DNA of 64,000 nt from contig OZ024742.1 in NCBI GenBank assembly GCA_964016885.1, positions 273,544,001-273,608,000 of the forward strand, in the 5' to 3' direction. Numbering within the stretch: position 1 is the stretch's first letter; the number at the start of each line of letters is the position of its first letter. This document shows positions 53,701 to 64,000 of the stretch, piece after piece. Below the pieces are notes generated by a model. The model saw only the letters and a list, made by a program, of their open reading frames with translations, searched no databases and was not told the DNA's origin. A program made the translations under genes and the position numbers. Source of the DNA: Eledone cirrhosa (lineage: Eukaryota).

Positions 53701-54099
53701 GACTTATAGAATACTTAGCTGTGTACAGGAACTGGTTTGAAAGAGCGGTTGCCGGTCCGGCAGAAATTAGAAATTGGAATAAATGCTCTGAAATAGCGAT
53801 ATATATGTGAATATAGACATAGAATATTCGAAAATATTCTGTATGTTTATAATAAACATTTTGAAGACCTAATCGCTATAGAATAGAATACGTCACGTAT
53901 TACAATTAGATTCTCGATAAAAGCAAGGGAAGTAATCTACGCGTTTCATTCTTGTTAGAAATCATCAGGACTACATATCCAGTGCTTTTATCGAGAATGA
54001 CACAGCTAGAGACTTATAGAATACTTAGCTGTGTACAGGAACTGGTTTGAAAGAGCGGTTGCCGGTCCGGCAGAAATTAGAAATTGGAATAAATGCTCT
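50708..54099 (-). repeat. 310-bp hammerhead array C (about 10.9 units, 11 ribozymes), 'gattac' variant
   Basis: 'agtaatctacgcgtt' every 310 bp from 50831 to 53931. Point variants at 51467, 51845, 51911, 52858/52864 and 53478/53484. Confidence 0.97.
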
Positions 54100-55381
54100 A
54101 TATTCACATATATATCGCTATTTCAGAGCATTTATTCCAATTTCTAATTTCTGCCGGACCGGCAACCGCTCTTTCAAACCAGTTCCTGTACACAGCTAAG
54201 TATTCTATAAGTCTCTAGCTGTGTCATTCTCGATAAAAGCACTGGATATGTAGTCCTGATGATTTCTAACAAGAATGAAACGCGTAGATTACTTCCCTTG
54301 CTTTTATCGAGAATCTAATTGTAATACGTGACGTATTCTATTCTATAGCGATTAGGTCTTCAAAATGTTTATTATAAACATACAGAATATTTTCGAATAT
54401 TCTATGTCTATATTCACATATATATCGCTATTTCAGAGCATTTATTCCAATTTCTAATTTCTGCCGGACCGGCAACCGCTCTTTCAAACCAGTTCCTGTA
54501 CACAGCTAAGTATTCTATAAGTCTCTAGCTGTGTCATTCTCGATAAAAGCACTGGATATGTAGTCCTGATGATTTCTAACAAGAATGAAACGCGTAGATT
54601 ACTTCCCTTGCTTTTATCGAGAATCTAATTGTAATACGTGACGTATTCTATTCTATAGCGATTAGGTCTTCAAAATGTTTATTATAAACATACAGAATAT
54701 TTTCGAATATTCTATGTCTATATTCACATATATATCGCTATTTCAGAGCATTTATTCCAATTTCTAATTTCTGCCGGACCGGCAACCGCTCTTTCAAACC
54801 AGTTCCTGTACACAGCTAAGTATTCTATAAGTCTCTAGCTGTGTCATTCTCGATAAAAGCACTGGATATGTAGTCCTGATGATTTCTAACAAGAATGAAA
54901 CGCGTAGATTACTTCCCTTGCTTTTATCGAGAATCTAATTGTAATACGTGACGTATTCTATTCTATAGCGATTAGGTCTTCAAAATGTTTATTATAAACA
55001 TACAGAATATTTTCGAATATTCTATGTCTATATTCACATATATATCGCTATTTCAGAGCATTTATTCCAATTTCTAATTTCTGCCGGACCGGCAACCGCT
55101 CTTTCAAACCAGTTCCTGTACACAGCTAAGTATTCTATAAGTCTCTAGCTGTGTCATTCTCGATAAAAGCACTGGATATGTAGTCCTGATGATTTCTAAC
55201 AAGAATGAAACGCGTAGATTACTTCCCTTGCTTTTATCGAGAATCTAATTGTAATACGTGACGTATTCTATTCTATAGCGATTAGGTCTTCAAAATGTTT
55301 ATTATAAACATACAGAATATTTTCGAATATTCTATGTCTATATTCACATATATATCGCTATTTCAGAGCATTTATTCCAAT
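54097..55381 (+). repeat. 310-bp hammerhead array D (about 4.1 units, 4 ribozymes), head-to-head with array C
   Basis: 'tagtcctgatga' at 54251, 54561, 54871 and 55181. The junction shares 'tct' microhomology at 54097-54099. Confidence 0.97.
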
Positions 55382-55400
55382 ATATATATATATATGTATG

Positions 55401-55496
<96 letters not shown>

Positions 55497-55499
<3 letters not shown>

Positions 55500-56933
55500 G
55501 AGTATATGTTCCTACACGCACAAGGCGCTAAGGGACACATGTATTGTCCAACCATATGCCAAACTTCTTCGGGACATGCAGACACCTCAGAGCCGGGACC
55601 TTCCTCAAGATGTATGGACAGTTACAACACAAGATGTGAACTCCCCTCAAGCTATAGGGACTTCTCCAGAACATGTAGACACCTCTCGGCCAGACCTCCC
55701 TTAAGCTATATGGGCAATAACAACACTCTAGTTTGAGAACTCCCCTGAAGCCATAGGGACCAACCCAGGCTGAGCTGATACCATGATAGCCTAGAGATTG
55801 ATTCGGACACAGCCATTATAATTTGGCCAACATCTTTATAACACAAACACATTTTATTTGATTATCTTATTCTTTTATTCTTTTACGATCTTGTCCTCAT
55901 AACAATCTATCCAACATATTTCTGACCTTGAGATTGGTTATAGCACACACATACTTTATCTTACTTTATTTCAATCTTAATTTTATTTTTCACCTCTCCA
56001 TATTCATTTTCATTACTTTTTCATTAATTTTTCATTTATTCTTTATTCTCTATTTATTATTCATTTTCTGTTTTCTTCATTTTATTGCCTTATATTTCTT
56101 CATATACATTGATCCCCCCTCCCATCACCGCCACCACCACCACCACCACGGGAGATGGTGGCAGGAGGGATGAAAAACACATACGCAGATACTTCTAAAT
56201 TGTCAGCAGCAGCAAGACATAAGCTGACCACAACACCAACAACACTACCAAAATAAAGGTAGAGGTCAGATGTACCTAACAATAGCAAACACAAACACTA
56301 CAGGGAGCCTCACCCTAGAAAGAATTTCTATAGACTTCGGACTGAGGAATGCTCTCAAAACTGGCCAATGGGAAGTTTGACATTTTTTTGTTATTTTGTT
56401 CCTTTACCATCTTATTCCTTCTACCCCTTTATCAATTTTTTCAGCTAACTCCAACAATAACAACACTACCAACACAAGAATTGAGGTCAGATGTACCTAA
56501 CAATAACAAGAACAACAACTACAGATTGGCTTGGCTCAGAACGAATTTCTATAGACTTTTGAATGAGCAATGTTCTAACAACTGACCAATGAGAGGAGAA
56601 GAGGCCCTTTGACACGTTTGTTTGACTTCATATGATTCCAGTTCCTCAGTGAAATAACAATCCAACCAGGAACTGGGCATATCAGAGTATTGACAATGTT
56701 ATACACCTCAACAACATATGTACTTGTCTATACCACACTAATTCGGACTGCCTGAAGAGGTCACAGCCAACGATGGCTGTCACCGAAATATATATAGCAG
56801 TAATAAACGAAGCTAAATTTTAAACATTTGACTTATTTATTTTATTTTACTCCGGAGTAACCAAACCAACCTGCGCACTTCGTTGAGTGCTTCAATCTGC
56901 ATACTGGGGTGTTGGTATACAACCAACATATAC

Positions 56934-56937
<4 letters not shown>
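55497..56937 (+). mobile_element. Penelope-like element 3'/pseudo-LTR region (non-coding) with a hammerhead
   Basis: The hammerhead and downstream tail (ttgacttat...actccgga...cttcgttgagtgct...gcatactg) are homologous to the reverse complement of 61100-61290. Flanked by (TA)n. Confidence 0.65.
56747..56801 (+). ncRNA. Type I hammerhead ribozyme
   Basis: acugc-CUGAAGA-ggu c acagcca[acga]uggcugu c acc-GAAA uauaua UA-gcagu. Palindromic AU stem III. Confidence 0.8.
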
Positions 56938-57017
<80 letters not shown>

Positions 57018-57295
57018 AAACAAGGAAAAGTGATTTTCTCTCAGAATAACATCAAATCATTTACTTACAAGATAGGGATTTCCGCATTTCATTGTGCCGG
57101 GTTTAGCTTTATATGCTTTTTCAACGACGGGAGTGTATTATACAATTAAATTGCATATTAGTAAGTATAATAAGAATATGGAGAACATTATTTTAGTTAT
57201 TTCATACATGTGAACCTGTCTCCCTAAATATGTATGTAAAATCTAAAATCTTTTCCTCCATATTCTTGTATGGTGTGCTACTTCTCTTCATTCCA

Positions 57296-61075
<3,780 letters not shown>

Positions 61076-61229
61076 TATATATATACATATATATACAGTA
61101 AGCAAAAAAGTGATGGTAAAATCCAGTACTTCAGTATGCGGATAGGGAGCACTCAACGAAGATATAAATTCCGGAGTTATAATAGTGAAAAAACATAAGT
61201 CAATTGTATGAATTCATAATCCTTTATTT

Positions 61230-61285
61230 ACCGCTATATATATTTCGATGATAGCCATTGTATGGCTATGACCTCATCAGGCAGT
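61230..61285 (-). ncRNA. Type I hammerhead ribozyme in the Penelope-like pseudo-LTR; partner copy on + at 63596-63651
   Basis: acugc-CUGAUGA-ggu c auagccau[aca]auggcuau c auc-GAAA uauaua UA-gcggu. Confidence 0.82.
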
Positions 61286-62635
61286 CAGTAAATTCTTAGA
61301 TATGCCAGCTCAGGGTTTTTGGTGTTGATGGTTTTAGAGCCTTGGCACATATGAGGTTGTTAGGGATAATTTAATGTTGTCAGCAGGAATTATCTTAATT
61401 CTCATTGGTCAGCTTGTAGATGCTAGTAGGATTGGTATTTGACCTCAAAGAGGTCAGTGGCGTTGTAAAGTTCAAACCGTCAGGCAAGATGGCAATAGTT
61501 CCATAAGACTGATTTTCCCAAAAAGCATTGCTGGTTACATATATATTCAATTGAGGTGTATAGTAGGAAATTCGATACTACATGGCATTCTTAAATGGAG
61601 GAATTTGTGTGGGGTGATAATACTGAATATTATGGTTAGAGTCAAATACTTAGAAAGTTTACATATAAAAATACTTATGTTGGTTGACTTGTACATGCAC
61701 TCACACCCACCCCTACAGACATACGCACACATCTACACACAAATCCATACAGATGCGTATATATATGAATATTCACACAAGTGCGTATATATATAGAAAA
61801 GAGGCCCCCCAATCCAAGCATATGGCAGACATAAAATGAGGTGGGTGTTATTTATAAAGGAAAGTAAAGTGGGTGTTTGCAAATAAGAAAAATGATTGTT
61901 TAGACTAGACAAAAGTAGGGTGTGATATATATCGTCACAGCACTAGCTTAGAGGCTTTGGAGCTTAGGCGATTCCCTTAGTACAGACATATACAGGTACA
62001 CGCAGCCACCCATACTTGTATACCCCTGGAGACGCGTGTATGTCTATATACACATGTGCATTCATACAAGAGAACATACACAAATATACTCTTAAGCATA
62101 GACTCGAACATTTTTCAAATGCAACCTGGGGTATTAGTATTTCGTTGCGTTCACATAAGTGCGTACATTCACCTAATCCTGGTATACAGAGTCAACGCAC
62201 GGTTCCAGGCACGCATTCATGTGTATAGGGTTAGTACCTTAGGATAATCGCTGTTCTTGTGTGGGACACTCACGAGGGGGGGGGGGGGTCATCAGCTTAA
62301 AAAAAACGTGGTTTTGCTGACTCCTAACCAGTAGATGATCTGGTGGACAATCCACCTTGGGGAACACAAGCTATGGGTGGATGTTGTTGCCCATTGGTCA
62401 TTGGTGCAGGGTGTAGGGAGCCCCACAGGGGGCGGGGTACCCTGCCAATTTCATGTATCTCGCCAGTTCATTAGAGCTTGCCCAGTATGTGAGGATCTAC
62501 GAGAGTGGGTCTATGGGGTCGGTGTGTGTGAAAAAGTAAAGAGTGGTGTTATTATAGGGGTGCCGAAATTACCAGTAAGGGGTGGTCGGCGCTTTAGGGG
62601 AGGGAAAGGGCGTTGTGGTAGGCCGTAAGTGGGGT

Positions 62636-62955
62636 TTAGCCATATAGCTTGAGGAAAGTTTCCGTCCTAAGGTGTCTGCAGTTGCCGAATAGGTCGGCCC
62701 TTCTGTTTAATAGCTTGGTTCTGCCATGAAGTATCTTGAGTGTCTCACTAAGACAGAGGTTGCAAATACCAGACCCACCTTTGTCTGGGGGAACCTTTCT
62801 AACAGCGGACCAGGCCAGAGAGTGCGGGACCCTTCAAGTTTGAGCTTCCAGAACAATTCAAAAAGGGCCGTAGATTTCCTCTTTTCTATTATGTTAAAGG
62901 AGTGGCGCTGGTTATACCACCTATCTTTGAAGATCGTCGCCGTGGATCCTATATA
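62636..62955 (-). pseudogene. Penelope-type GIY-YIG endonuclease C-terminal remnant (frameshifted)
   Basis: YIGSTATIFKDRWYNQRHSF...STALFELFWKLK, then after a frame change CNLCLSETLKILHGRTKLLNRRADLFGNCRH. Confidence 0.85.
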
Positions 62956-63717
62956 TATCACACCCTACTTTTTTCTAGTCTAAACAATAATTTTTCTTTT
63001 TTTCAAACATCCACTTTACTTTCCTTTAAAAATAACACCCACCTCATTTTATGCCATATGCTTGGATTTGGAGGCCTCTCTTGTATATATATACGCACTT
63101 GTGTGTACATACATATATATACGCATCTCTATGGATTTGTGTGTGTAGATGTGTGCGTGTGTCTGTGAGGGGTGGCTGTGAGTGTATGTACAAGTCAACT
63201 AACATAAGTCGTTTTATATGTAAACTTTCTAAGTATTTGACTCTAACCATAATTTTCAGTATTTCCACCCCACACAAATTCCCCTATTTAAGAATGCCAT
63301 GTAGTATCGAATTTCATACTATAAACCTCAATTTAATATATATCTGACCAGGAATGCTTTTTGTGAAAATCAGTCATATGGAACTATTGTCATCTTGCCT
63401 GACGATTCGAACTTTACAACACCACCGACCTCTTGGAGGTCAAATACCAAGCCTACTAGCATCTACAAACTGACCAATGAGAATTAAGATTATTTCTGCT
63501 GACAACATTAAATTATCCCTAACAAGCTCATATGTGCCAAGGCTCTAAAACAATCAACACCAAAAACCCAGAGTTGGCATATCTAAGATCTTCTGACTGC
63601 CTGATGAAGTCATAGCCATACAATGGGTATCATCGAAATATATATAGCAGTAAATAAAGGATTATGAGTTCATATAATTGACTTATGTTTCGTCGCTATA
63701 TATATATATATATATAT

Positions 63718-64000
63718 GAAATCTTGTGTCGAAACAAACTTAGTTATACTTGGAGAGGGTCATATTGTAATAATATGACCCATAAATAATAACAGTGTAC
63801 ACTCACTGTTTCGTTGGGTTTCGCTTGTGCATCTTTTATGTCTCCATAGTTACAAAAACCAAAACACATACACACACACCAAACATTATACACACACGCA
63901 AATGCATGCGCAGAGACGGAGACAAGATTAAATAAATAAATAAATAAAATAAAAGTGGCGTAGACATTACAATGCAATAGGAGGGAACATAATGGTAGTA
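63718..64000. repeat. Terminus of another (TA)n-adjacent repeat related to the 28.1-kb element
   Basis: 'tgaaatcttgtgtcgaaac...gttatacttggagagggtcat' resembles 'tgaaatcgtgtgttgaaac...gttatactttaggagggtcat' at 28070-28115. Confidence 0.45.

Larger units (their letters stand above)
61098..63690 (-). mobile_element. 5'-truncated Penelope-like retroelement with inverted pseudo-LTR (arms about 61191-61932 and 62951-63690)
   Basis: GIY-YIG endonuclease remnant between arms of about 740 bp. A hammerhead in each arm. (TA)n at both ends. Confidence 0.88.

Overview
AT-rich animal DNA made almost entirely of repeats. The (TA)n/(CA)n/(AAT)n microsatellites and the SINE type suggest a cephalopod such as Octopus (inference). 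I found no supportable host gene. Bases 1-24.3 kb are a pile-up of (AAT)n-associated non-LTR retrotransposons: five minus-strand L1/Tx1-type copies (zinc-knuckle ORF1; APE+RT ORF2) interleaved with five plus-strand 5'-truncated R4/Dong-type RLE fragments. From 24 to 64 kb, inserts sit between (TA)n tracts: a CR1/L2-group LINE fragment, a decayed Helitron, SINEs, and a Penelope-like element (GIY-YIG remnant) with inverted repeats. The main finding is a nearly homogeneous 310-bp 'satellite' (42.2-55.4 kb, about 36 units in five blocks) in which every unit carries a type I hammerhead ribozyme with a palindromic minimal stem III (35 copies). This fits a retrozyme-like, possibly circular-RNA-producing element. 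A diverged relative at 38.1-38.45 kb shows compensatory base-pair changes. At least five other inverted-repeat elements carry hammerhead motifs. All inverted composites share one geometry: ribozyme-sense strands point outward, mostly into (TA)n. This suggests a local set of ribozyme-bearing RNAs mobilised by Penelope-type machinery. All structures were derived by eye; none was computed or tested.
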